This document shows positions 9,301 to 21,531 of a DNA stretch of 21,531 nucleotides, one piece after another. Within the stretch, counting starts at the first letter, position 1, and every line of letters starts with the position of its first letter. The notes below the pieces were generated by a model. It searched no databases. It was not told where the DNA came from and saw nothing but the letters and a program-made list of their open reading frames with translations. A program made the position numbers and the translations under genes. Source of the stretch: Utricularia gibba (Eukaryota; Plantae; Magnoliophyta); assembly GCA_002189035.1 (NCBI GenBank), contig NEEC01000053.1, positions 1 through 21,531 on the forward strand, in the 5' to 3' direction.

Positions 9301-12300
9301 GATTTTTAGGATGCACCCCGAATGATGATGCGCAATGAAATGACTACGTCGCACATCCTGGTCCGCGAAGCACCTCTTGCATAACATGCAGATCCTTGCT
9401 CTTCATAGCACAGTGTTGGGAAGCCCTTTTCGAGCTCCAAGTATTATAATTTGGAGTTACGTTTGTCCGATAACTGTGGACATATTAAAAACAAGCCACA
9501 ACGAAAAGTGTCTCACGTGGCATTCCGTGGTGACTGCATTTAATAATGTGCTTCATGTTCTCGAAATTGATGCGAACAACATACAAGGCAAAAGAATCAA
9601 ATAGCCACTAGAGACATGGTATACGGGAATGGTGCATCAAGAATCAGAAGTATCATAGCAACTAAATGCATCAATCAAAAGCCAAAACATATGGTGTCAG
9701 AATTCATCTACTATGCGATCAAGTTGGAAAAAAGTCACATGCTACATCATGAATTTCGTGGCATCACTTATCCCAACACTGTTATACACTCTGGATATGC
9801 GTAAATATTTATTTTTAATGAATCCCGTGCACGTGTGATTTTTAGGATGCACCCCGAATGATGATGCGCAATGAAATGACTACGTCGCACATCCTGGTCC
9901 GCGAAGCACCTCTTGCATAACATGCAGATCCTTGCTCTTCATAGCACAGTGTTGGGAAGCCCTTTTCGAGCTCCAAGTATTATAATTTGGAGTTACGTTT
10001 GTCCGATAACTGTGGACATATTAAAAACAAGCCACAACGAAAAGTGTCTCACGTGGCATTCCGTGGTGATTGCATTTAATAATGTGCTTCATGTTCTCGA
10101 AATTGATGCGAACAACATACAAGGCAAAAGAATCAAATAGCCACTAGAGACATGGTATACGGGAATGGTGCATCAAGAATCAGAAGTATCATAGCAACTA
10201 AATGCATCAATCAAAAGCCAAAACATATGGTGTCAGAATTCATCTACTATGCGATCAAGTTGGAAAAAAGTCACATGCTACATCATGAATTTCGTGGCAT
10301 CACTTATCCCAACACTGTTATACACTCTGGATATGCGTAAATATTTATTTTTAATGAATCCCGTGCACGTGTGATTTTTAGGATGCACCCCGAATGATGA
10401 TGCGCAATGAAATGACTACGTCGCACATCCTGGTCCGCGAAGCACCTCTTGCATAACATGCAGATCCTTGCTCTTCATAGCACAGTGTTGGGAAGCCCTT
10501 TTCGAGCTCCAAGTATTATAATTTGGAGTTACGTTTGTCCGATAACTGTGGACATATTAAAAACAAGCCACAACGAAAAGTGTCTCACGTGGCATTCCGT
10601 GGTGATGCATTTAATAATGTGCTTCATGTTCTCGAAATTGATGCGAACAACATACAAGGCAAAAGAATCAAATAGCCACTAGAGACATGGTATACGGGAA
10701 TGGTGCATCAAGAATCAGAAGTATCATAGCAACTAAATGCATCAATCAAAAGCCAAAACATATGGTGTCAGAATTCATCTACTATGCGATCAAGTTGGAA
10801 AAAAGTCACATGCTACATCATGAATTTCGTGGCATCACTTATCCCAACACTGTTATACACTCTGGATATGCGTAAATATTTATTTTTAATGAATCCCGTG
10901 CACGTGTGATTTTTAGGATGCACCCCGAATGATGATGCGCAATGAAATGACTACGTCGCACATCCTGGTCCGCGAAGCACCTCTTGCATAACATGCAGAT
11001 CCTTGCTCTTCATAGCACAGTGTTGGGAAGCCCTTTTCGAGCTCCAAGTATTATAATTTGGAGTTACGTTTGTCCGATAACTGTGGACATATTAAAAACA
11101 AGCCACAACGAAAAGTGTCTCACGTGGCATTCCGTGGTGATTGCATTTAATAATGTGCTTCATGTTCTCGAAATTGATGCGAACAACATACAAGGCAAAA
11201 GAATCAAATAGCCACTAGAGACATGGTATACGGGAATGGTGCATCAAGAATCAGAAGTATCATAGCAACTAAATGCATCAATCAAAAGCCAAAACATATG
11301 GTGTCAGAATTCATCTACTATGCGATCAAGTTGGAAAAAAGTCACATGCTACATCATGAATTTCGTGGCATCACTTATCCCAACACTGTTATACACTCTG
11401 GATATGCGTAAATATTTATTTTTAATGAATCCCGTGCACGTGTGATTTTTAGGATGCACCCCGAATGATGATGCGCAATGAAATGACTACGTCGCACATC
11501 CTGGTCCGCGAAGCACCTCTTGCATAACATGCAGATCCTTGCTCTTCATAGCACAGTGTTGGGAAGCCCTTTTCGAGCTCCAAGTATTATAATTTGGAGT
11601 TACGTTTGTCCGATAACTGTGGACATATTAAAAACAAGCCACAACGAAAAGTGTCTCACGTGGCATTCCGTGGTGATGCATTTAATAATGTGCTTCATGT
11701 TCTCGAAATTGATGCGAACAACATACAAGGCAAAAGAATCAAATAGCCACTAGAGACATGGTATACGGGAATGGTGCATCAAGAATCAGAAGTATCATAG
11801 CAACTAAATGCATCAATCAAAAGCCAAAACATATGGTGTCAGAATTCATCTACTATGCGATCAAGTTGGAAAAAAGTCACATGCTACATCATGAATTTCG
11901 TGGCATCACTTATCCCAACACTGTTATACACTCTGGATATGCGTAAATATTTATTTTTAATGAATCCCGTGCACGTGTGATTTTTAGGATGCACCCCGAA
12001 TGATGATGCGCAATGAAATGACTACGTCGCACATCCTGGTCCGCGAAGCACCTCTTGCATAACATGCAGATCCTTGCTCTTCATAGCACAGTGTTGGGAA
12101 GCCCTTTTCGAGCTCCAAGTATTATAATTTGGAGTTACGTTTGTCCGATAACTGTGGACATATTAAAAACAAGCCACAACGAAAAGTGTCTCACGTGGCA
12201 TTCCGTGGTGATGCATTTAATAATGTGCTTCATGTTCTCGAAATTGATGCGAACAACATACAAGGCAAAAGAATCAAATAGCCACTAGAGACATGGTATA

Positions 12301-12699
12301 CGGGAATGGTGCATCAAGAATCAGAAGTATCATAGCAACTAAATGCATCAATCAAAAGCCAAAACATATGGTGTCAGAATTCATCTACTATGCGATCAAG
12401 TTGGAAAAAAGTCACATGCTACATCATGAATTTCGTGGCATCACTTATCCCAACACTGTTATACACTCTGGATATGCGTAAATATTTATTTTTAATGAAT
12501 CCCGTGCACGTGTGATTTTTAGGATGCACCCCGAATGATGATGCGCAATGAAATGACTACGTCGCACATCCTGGTCCGCGAAGCACCTCTTGCATAACAT
12601 GCAGATCCTTGCTCTTCATAGCACAGTGTTGGGAAGCCCTTTTCGAGCTCCAAGTATTATAATTTGGAGTTACGTTTGTCCGATAACTGTGGACATATT

Positions 12700-15000
12700 A
12701 AAAACCACAACGAAAAGTGTCTCACGTGGCATTCCGTGGTGACGCATTTAATAATGTGCTTCATGTTCTCGAAATTGATGCGAACAACATACAAGGCAAA
12801 AGAATCAAATAGCCACTAGAGACATGGTATACGGGAATGGTGCATCAAGAATCAGAAGTATCATAGCAACTAAATGCATCAATCAATATGGTGTCAGAAT
12901 TCATCTACTATGCGATCAAGTTGGAAAAAAGTCACATGCTACATCATGAATTTCGTGGCATCACTTATCCCAACACTGTTATACACTCTGGATATGCGTA
13001 AATATTTATTTTTAATGAATCACGTGTGATTTTTAGGATGCACCCCGAATGATGATGCGCAATGAAATGACTACGTCGCACATCCTGGTCCGCGAAGCAC
13101 CTCTTGCATAACATGCAGATCCTTGCTCTTCATAGCACACTAAGCCCTTTTCGAGCTCCAAGTATTATAATTTGGAGTTACGTTTGTCCGATAACTGTGG
13201 ACATATTAAAAACAAGCCACAACGAAAAGTGTCTCACGTGGCATTCCGTGGTGAAATAATGTGCTTCATGTTCTCGAAATTGATGCGAACAACATACAAG
13301 GCAAAAGAATCAAATAGCCACTAGAGACATGGTATACGCATCAAGAATCAGAAGTATCATAGCAACTAAATGCATCAATCAAAAGCCAAAACATATGGTG
13401 TCAGAATTCATCTACTATGCGATCAAGTTGGAAAAAAGTCACATGCTACATCATGAATTTCGTGGCATCACTTATCCCAACACTGTTATACACTCTGGAT
13501 ATGCGTAAATATTTATTTTTAATGAATCCCGTGCACGTGTGATTTTTAGGATGCACCCCGAATGATGATGCGCAATGAAATGACTACGTCGCACATCCTG
13601 GTCCGCGAAGCACCTCTTGCATAACATGCAGATCCTTGCTCTTCATAGCACAGTGTTGGGAAGCCCTTTTCGAGCTCCAAGTATTATAATTTGGAGTTAC
13701 GTTTGTCCGATAACTGTGGACATATTAAAAACAAGCCACAACGAAAAGTGTCTCACGTGGCATTCCGTGGTGACTGCATTTAATAATGTGCTTCATGTTC
13801 TCGAAATTGATGCGAACAACATACAAGGCAAAAGAATCAAATAGCCACTAGAGACATGGTATACGGGAATGGTGCATCAAGAATCAGAAGTATCATAGCA
13901 ACTAAATGCATCAATTTAGATGATCATCACATGGAATGTGGCATCGTGCCCACGTGCACCCCGAATGATGATGCGCAATGAAATGACTACGTCGCACATC
14001 CTGTCCGCGTGCACCTCTTGCATAACACATGCTACAAATTCATAGCAACAGTGGTATGCCATCTTTTAGCGAGCTAATGTATCACATGGGAGTTACCCCG
14101 ACGTGCACCCCGAATGATGATGCGCAATGAAATGACTACGTCGCACATCCTGGTCCGCGAAGCACCTCTTGCATAACATGCAGATCCTTGCTCTTCATAG
14201 CACACTGTTGGGAAGCCCTTTTCGAGCTCCAAGTATTATAATTTGGAGTTACGTTTGTCCGACTGTGGACATATCCGAAAAGTGTCTCACGTGGCATTCC
14301 GCATTTAATAATGTGCTTCATGTTCTCGAAATTGATGCGAACAACATACAAGGCAAAAGAATCAAATAGCCACTAGAGACATGGTATACGGGAATGGTGC
14401 ATCAAGAATCAGAAGTATCATAGCAACTAAATGCATCAATCAAAAGCCAAAACATATGGTGTCAGAATTCATCTACTATGCGATCAAGTTGGAAAAAAGT
14501 CACATGCTACATCATGAATTTCGTGGCATCACTTATCCCAACACTGTTATACACTCTGGATATGCGTAAATATTTATTTTTAATGAATCCCGTGCACGTG
14601 TGATTTTTAGGATGCACCCCGAATGATGATGCGCAATGAAATGACTACGTCGCACATCCTGCGTCTTGCGCAAGCACACTCTTGAGCAAGTATCATGCAT
14701 ATTTCCAAAACATAAATTGATGCGAACAGTCAAATAGTTGGGAATGCATCCTATCATTCGCCAGGTGTCTTCATCTACTATGTCAAGTTGGATCACATGC
14801 TACATCATGAATTTCGTGGCATCACTTATCCCAACACTGTTACTGGATATGCGTAAATATTTATTTTTAATGAATCCGACGTGCTGTGATGATTGATTAA
14901 AAAGCAAGCCACACACTGAAAAGCTGTCGTCACTGTGGACATATCAAGCCACTGTCTCACGTGGCATTCCGCATTTAATAATGTGCTTCATGTTCTCGAA
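12700..15000. other. Deletion-rich and scrambled stretch of the array (probable low-quality read or consensus region)
   Basis: Multiple 3-11 nt deletions from 12700 to 13340 and 14260-14300. Segments at 13916-13952, 14027-14100, 14661-14790 and 14876-14952 are built from out-of-phase fragments of the same unit. Confidence 0.75.
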
Positions 15001-16999
15001 ATTGATGCGAACAACATACAAGGCAAAAGAATCAAATAGCCACTAGAGACATGGTATACGGGAATGGTGCATCAAGAATCAGAAGTATCATAGCAACTAA
15101 ATGCATCAATCAAAAGCCAAAACATATGGTGTCAGAATTCATCTACTATGCGATCAAGTTGGAAAAAAGTCACATGCTACATCATGAATTTCGTGGCATC
15201 ACTTATCCCAACACTGTTATACACTCTGGATATGCGTAAATATTTATTTTTAATGAATCCCGTGCACGTGTGATTTTTAGGATGCACCCCGAATGATGAT
15301 GCGCAATGAAATGACTACGTCGCACATCCTGGTCCGCGAAGCACCTCTTGCATAACATGCAGATCCTTGCTCTTCATAGCACAGTGTTGGGAAGCCCTTT
15401 TCGAGCTCCAAGTATTATAATTTGGAGTTACGTTTGTCCGATAACTGTGGACATATTAAAAACAAGCCACAACGAAAAGTGTCTCACGTGGCATTCCGTG
15501 GTGATGCATTTAATAATGTGCTTCATGTTCTCGAAATTGATGCGAACAACATACAAGGCAAAAGAATCAAATAGCCACTAGAGACATGGTATACGGGAAT
15601 GGTGCATCAAGAATCAGAAGTATCATAGCAACTAAATGCATCAATCAAAAGCCAAAACATATGGTGTCAGAATTCATCTACTATGCGATCAAGTTGGAAA
15701 AAAGTCACATGCTACATCATGAATTTCGTGGCATCACTTATCCCAACACTGTTATACACTCTGGATATGCGTAAATATTTATTTTTAATGAATCCCGTGC
15801 ACGTGTGATTTTTAGGATGCACCCCGAATGATGATGCGCAATGAAATGACTACGTCGCACATCCTGGTCCGCGAAGCACCTCTTGCATAACATGCAGATC
15901 CTTGCTCTTCATAGCACAGTGTTGGGAAGCCCTTTTCGAGCTCCAAGTATTATAATTTGGAGTTACGTTTGTCCGATAACTGTGGACATATTAAAAACAA
16001 GCCACAACGAAAAGTGTCTCACGTGGCATTCCGTGGTGATGCATTTAATAATGTGCTTCATGTTCTCGAAATTGATGCGAACAACATACAAGGCAAAAGA
16101 ATCAAATAGCCACTAGAGACATGGTATACGGGAATGGTGCATCAAGAATCAGAAGTATCATAGCAACTAAATGCATCAATCAAAAGCCAAAACATATGGT
16201 GTCAGAATTCATCTACTATGCGATCAAGTTGGAAAAAAGTCACATGCTACATCATGAATTTCGTGGCATCACTTATCCCAACACTGTTATACACTCTGGA
16301 TATGCGTAAATATTTATTTTTAATGAATCCCGTGCACGTGTGATTTTTAGGATGCACCCCGAATGATGATGCGCAATGAAATGACTACGTCGCACATCCT
16401 GGTCCGCGAAGCACCTCTTGCATAACATGCAGATCCTTGCTCTTCATAGCACACTGTTGGGAAGCCCTTTTCGAGCTCCAAGTATTATAATTTGGAGTTA
16501 CGTTTGTCCGATAACTGTGGACATATTAAAAACAAGCCACAACGAAAAGTGTCTCACGTGGCATTCCGTGGTGATGCATTTAATAATGTGCTTCATGTTC
16601 TCGAAATTGATGCGAACAACATACAAGGCAAAAGAATCAAATAGCCACTAGAGACATGGTATACGGGAATGGTGCATCAAGAATCAGAAGTATCATAGCA
16701 ACTAAATGCATCAATCAAAAGCCAAAACATATGGTGTCAGAATTCATCTACTATGCGATCAAGTTGGAAAAAAGTCACATGCTACATCATGAATTTCGTG
16801 GCATCACTTATCCCAACACTGTTATACACTCTGGATATGCGTAAATATTTATTTTTAATGAATCCCGTGCACGTGTGATTTTTAGGATGCACCCCGAATG
16901 ATGATGCGCAATGAAATGACTACGTCGCACATCCTGGTCCGCGAAGCACCTCTTGCATAACATGCAGATCCTTGCTCTTCATAGCACACTGTTGGGAAG

Positions 17000-17502
17000 C
17001 CCTTTTCCAACATAACTGTGGACATATTAAAAACAAGCCACAACGAAAAGTGTCTCACGTGGCATTCCGTGGTGACTGCGTGCTTCATGTTCTCGAAATT
17101 GATGCGAACAACATACAAGTCAAATAGCCACTTGGTATACGGGAATGGTGCATCAAGAATCAGAAGTATCATAGCAACTAAATGCGGTGTCAGAATTCAT
17201 CTACTATGCGATCAAGTTGGAAAAAAGTCACATGCTACATCATGAATTTCGTGGCATCACTTATCCCAACACTGTTACTGGATATGCCCCGTGCAATTTT
17301 TAACTGATGATGCGCAATGAAATGACTACGTCGCACATCCTGGTCCGCGAAGCACCTCTTGCATAACATGCAGATCCTTGCTCTTCATAGCACAGTGTTG
17401 GGAAGCCCTTTTCGAGCTCCAAGTATTATAATTTGGAGTTACGTTTGTCCGATAACTGTGGACATATGCCACAACGAAAAGTGTCTCACGTGGCATTCAA
17501 TT
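17000..17502. other. Second deletion-rich patch
   Basis: At least 9 deletions of about 6-30 nt relative to the consensus unit; no foreign sequence. Confidence 0.75.
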
Positions 17503-19049
17503 TAATAATGTGCTTCATGTTCTCGAAATTGATGCGAACAACATACAAGGCAAAAGAATCAAATAGCCACTAGAGACATGGTATACGGGAATGGTGCATC
17601 AAGAATCAGAAGTATCATAGCAACTAAATGCATCAATCAAAAGCCAAAACATATGGTGTCAGAATTCATCTACTATGCGATCAAGTTGGAAAAAAGTCAC
17701 ATGCTACATCATGAATTTCGTGGCATCACTTATCCCAACACTGTTATACACTCTGGATATGCGTAAATATTTATTTTTAATGAATCCCGTGCACGTGTGA
17801 TTTTTAGGATGCACCCCGAATGATGATGCGCAATGAAATGACTACGTCGCACATCCTGGTCCGCGAAGCACCTCTTGCATAACATGCAGATCCTTGCTCT
17901 TCATAGCACAGTGTTGGGAAGCCCTTTTCGAGCTCCAAGTATTATAATTTGGAGTTACGTTTGTCCGATAACTGTGGACATATTAAAAACAAGCCACAAC
18001 GAAAAGTGTCTCACGTGGCATTCCGTGGTGACTGCATTTAATAATGTGCTTCATGTTCTCGAAATTGATGCGAACAACATACAAGGCAAAAGAATCAAAT
18101 AGCCACTAGAGACATGGTATACGGGAATGGTGCATCAAGAATCAGAAGTATCATAGCAACTAAATGCATCAATCAAAAGCCAAAACATATGGTGTCAGAA
18201 TTCATCTACTATGCGATCAAGTTGGAAAAAAGTCACATGCTACATCATGAATTTCGTGGCATCACTTATCCCAACACTGTTATACACTCTGGATATGCGT
18301 AAATATTTATTTTTAATGAATCCCGTGCACGTGTGATTTTTAGGATGCACCCCGAATGATGATGCGCAATGAAATGACTACGTCGCACATCCTGGTCCGC
18401 GAAGCACCTCTTGCATAACATGCAGATCCTTGCTCTTCATAGCACAGTGTTGGGAAGCCCTTTTCGAGCTCCAAGTATTATAATTTGGAGTTACGTTTGT
18501 CCGATAACTGTGGACATATTAAAAACAAGCCACAACGAAAAGTGTCTCACGTGGCATTCCGTGGTGACTGCATTTAATAATGTGCTTCATGTTCTCGAAA
18601 TTGATGCGAACAACATACAAGGCAAAAGAATCAAATAGCCACTAGAGACATGGTATACGGGAATGGTGCATCAAGAATCAGAAGTATCATAGCAACTAAA
18701 TGCATCAATCAAAAGCCAAAACATATGGTGTCAGAATTCATCTACTATGCGATCAAGTTGGAAAAAAGTCACATGCTACATCATGAATTTCGTGGCATCA
18801 CTTATCCCAACACTGTTATACACTCTGGATATGCGTAAATATTTATTTTTAATGAATCCCGTGCACGTGTGATTTTTAGGATGCACCCCGAATGATGATG
18901 CGCAATGAAATGACTACGTCGCACATCCTGGTCCGCGAAGCACCTCTTGCATAACATGCAGATCCTTGCTCTTCATAGCACACTGTTGGGAAGCCCTTTT
19001 CGAGCTCCAAGTATTATAATTTGGAGTTACGTTTGTCCGATAACTGTGG

Positions 19050-19170
19050 ACAAGCCACATGTCTCACGTGGCAAGCATTTAATCATAAATTGCGAACTAC
19101 AATGCCATAGAGACAATACAATGGTGCATCAAGCAGAAGTATCATAGCAACACGTATGGTGTGATGATGC
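19050..19170. other. Third compressed/scrambled patch; yields a ~269-bp short unit (18947 to 19216)
   Basis: About 390 bp of unit sequence is compressed into about 120 bp, then register resumes at TGATGATGCGC. Confidence 0.75.
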
Positions 19171-21531
19171 GCAATGAAATGACTACGTCGCACATCCTGG
19201 TCCGCGAAGCACCTCTTGCATAACATGCAGATCCTTGCTCTTCATAGCACAGTGTTGGGAAGCCCTTTTCGAGCTCCAAGTATTATAATTTGGAGTTACG
19301 TTTGTCCGACTGTGGACATATTAAAAACAAGCCACAACGAAAAGTGTCTCACGTGGCATTCCGTGGTGATGCATTTAATAATGTGCTTCATGTTCTCGAA
19401 ATTGATGCGAACAACATACAAGGCAAAAGAATCAAATAGCCACTAGAGACATGGTATACGGGAATGGTGCATCAAGAATCAGAAGTATCATAGCAACTAA
19501 ATGCATCAATCAAAAGCCAAAACATATGGTGTCAGAATTCATCTACTATGCGATCAAGTTGGAAAAAAGTCACATGCTACATCATGAATTTCGTGGCATC
19601 ACTTATCCCAACACTGTTATACACTCTGGATATGCGTAAATATTTATTTTTAATGAATCCGTGCACGTGTGATTTTTAGGATGCACCCCGAATGATGATG
19701 CGCAATGAAATGACTACGTCGCACATCCTGGTCCGCGAAGCACCTCTTGCATAACATGCAGATCCTTGCTCTTCATAGCACAGTGTTTGGAAGCCCTTTT
19801 CGAGCTCCAAGTATTATAATTTGGAGTTACGTTTGTCCGATAACTGTGGACATATTAAAAACAAGCCACAACGAAAAGTGTCTCACGTGGCATTCCGTGG
19901 TGACTGCATTTAATAATGTGCTTCATGTTCTCGAAATTGATGCGAACAACATACAAGGCAAAAGAATCAAATAGCCACTAGAGACATGGTATACGGGAAT
20001 GGTGCATCAAGAATCAGAAGTATCATAGCAACTAAATGCATCAATCAAAGCCAAAACATATGGTGTCAGAATTCATCTACTATGCGATCAAGTTGGAAAA
20101 AAGTCACATGCTACATCATGAATTTCGTGGCATCACTTATCCCAACACTGTTATACACTCTGGATATGCGTAAATATTTATTTTTAATGAATCCCGTGCA
20201 CGTGTGATTTTTAGGATGCACCCCGAATGATGATGCGCAATGAAATGACTACGTCGCACATCCTGGTCCGCGAAGCACCTCTTGCATAACATGCAGATCC
20301 TTGCTCTTCATAGCACAGTGTTGGAAGCCCTTTTCGAGCTCCAAGTATTATAATTTGGAGTTACGTTTGTCCGATAACTGTGGACATATTAAAAACAAGC
20401 CACAACGAAAAGTGTCTCACGTGGCATTCCGTGGTGACTGCATTTAATAATGTGCTTCATGTTCTCGAAATTGATGCGAACAACATACAAGGCAAAAGAA
20501 TCAAATAGCCACTAGAGACATGGTATACGGGAATGGTGCATCAAGAATCAGAAGTATCATAGCAACTAAATGCATCAATCAAAAGCCAAAACATATGGTG
20601 TCAGAATTCATCTACTATGCGATCAAGTTGGAAAAAAAGTCACATGCTACATCATGAATTTCGTGGCATCACTTATCCCAACACTGTTATACACTCTGGA
20701 TATGCGTAAATATTTATTTTTAATGAATCCGTGCACGTGTGATTTTTAGGATGCACCCCGAATGATGATGCGCAATGAAAATGACTACGTCGCACATCCT
20801 GGTCCGCGAAGCACCTCTTGCATAACATGCAGATCCTTGCTCTTCATAGCACACTGTTGGAAGCCCTTTTCGAGCTCCAAGTATTATAATTTGGAGTTAC
20901 GTTTGTCCGATAACTGTGGACATATTAAAAACAAGCCACAACGAAAAGTGTCTCACGTGGCATTCCGTGGTGACTGCATTTAATAATGTGCTTCATGTTC
21001 TCGAAATTGATGCGAACAACATACAAGGCAAAAGAATCAAATAGCCACTAGAGACATGGTATACGGGAATGGTGCATCAAGAATCAGAAGTATCATAGCA
21101 ACTAAATGCATCAATCAAAAGCCAAAACATATGGTGTCAGAATTCATCTACTATGCGATCAAGTTGGAAAAAAGTCACATGCTACATCATGAATTTCGTG
21201 GCATCACTTATCCCAACACTGTTATACACTCTGGATATGCGTAAATATTTATTTTTAATGAATCCGTGCACGTGTGATTTTTAGGATGCACCCCGAATGA
21301 TGATGCGCAATGAAATGACTACGTCGCACATCCTGGTCCGCGAAGCACCTCTTGCATAACATGCAGATCCTTGCTCTTCATAGCACAGTGTTGGGAAGCC
21401 CTTTTCGAGCTCCAAGTATTATAATTTGGAGTTACGTTTGTCCGATAACTGTGGACATTTAAAAACAAGCCACAACGAAAAAGTGTCTCACGTGGCATTC
21501 CGTGGTGACTGCATTTAATAATGTGCTTCAT

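Larger units (their letters stand above)
1..21531. repeat. Head-to-tail tandem array / concatemer of a 535-536 bp unit, about 40 copies, all in one orientation
   Basis: The landmark GAGACATGGTATACGGG recurs at 516, 1050, 1585, 2120, 2656, 3192 ... 21056 (ATG positions), mostly every 534-536 bp. The window starts at unit position 268 and ends at unit position 196, so both ends lie inside the array. Confidence 0.99.

Noticed and set aside
1881-12700. Never-ending ORF across repeat junctions (DRT2/Neo-like hidden gene)
   Set aside because: The unit length is not a multiple of 3 (536 or 535), and stop codons interrupt translation repeatedly on both strands; no ORF in the track exceeds 96 aa.
14136-17245. 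One-off ORFs at 14136-14351, 14533-14796, 16882-17172 and 17018-17245 (also 228-443, 1711-1944, 18947-19147, 20762-20983)
   Set aside because: Each exists only because local indels or scrambled patches join frames that are closed in the consensus unit.
1-21531. CRISPR array, or 5S rRNA / SL RNA / snRNA / tRNA gene array
   Set aside because: There are no unique spacers, and I found no 5S, spliced-leader, U snRNA or tRNA cloverleaf sequence. GATTTTTAG (Sm-like), GATCAAGT (U2-like) and GAATCCC (T-arm-like) are isolated short matches.

Overview
The whole window is one head-to-tail tandem array of a single ~536-bp unit (about 40 unit lengths; reference copy 2401-2936). There is no unique flanking sequence, no orientation switch, and no recognisable gene, rRNA, tRNA or CRISPR array. 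Hand counts for the unit give ~40% GC and 20 CpG, so CpG is not depleted. About 20 consecutive copies (1881-12700) appear identical, judged from unit lengths and identical ORF translations, except at two recurrent variable sites and one homopolymer indel. Patches at 12700-15000, 17000-17500 and 19050-19170 are riddled with deletions or scrambled, which looks like long-read or consensus error. The most informative internal structure is an 11-12 bp inverted repeat, CAGTGTTGGGA...TCCCAACACTG. It encloses 371 bp, and both flanking 8-mers fit nnnTAnnn, so the unit may be a hAT/Buster-like MITE plus a 165-bp spacer. The leading explanations are (1) a very young MITE-derived satellite array, or (2) a rolling-circle concatemer (in vivo, or RCA/MDA/RT) of a ~536-nt circle. 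The sequence alone cannot separate these. The repeated short ORFs are probably incidental.
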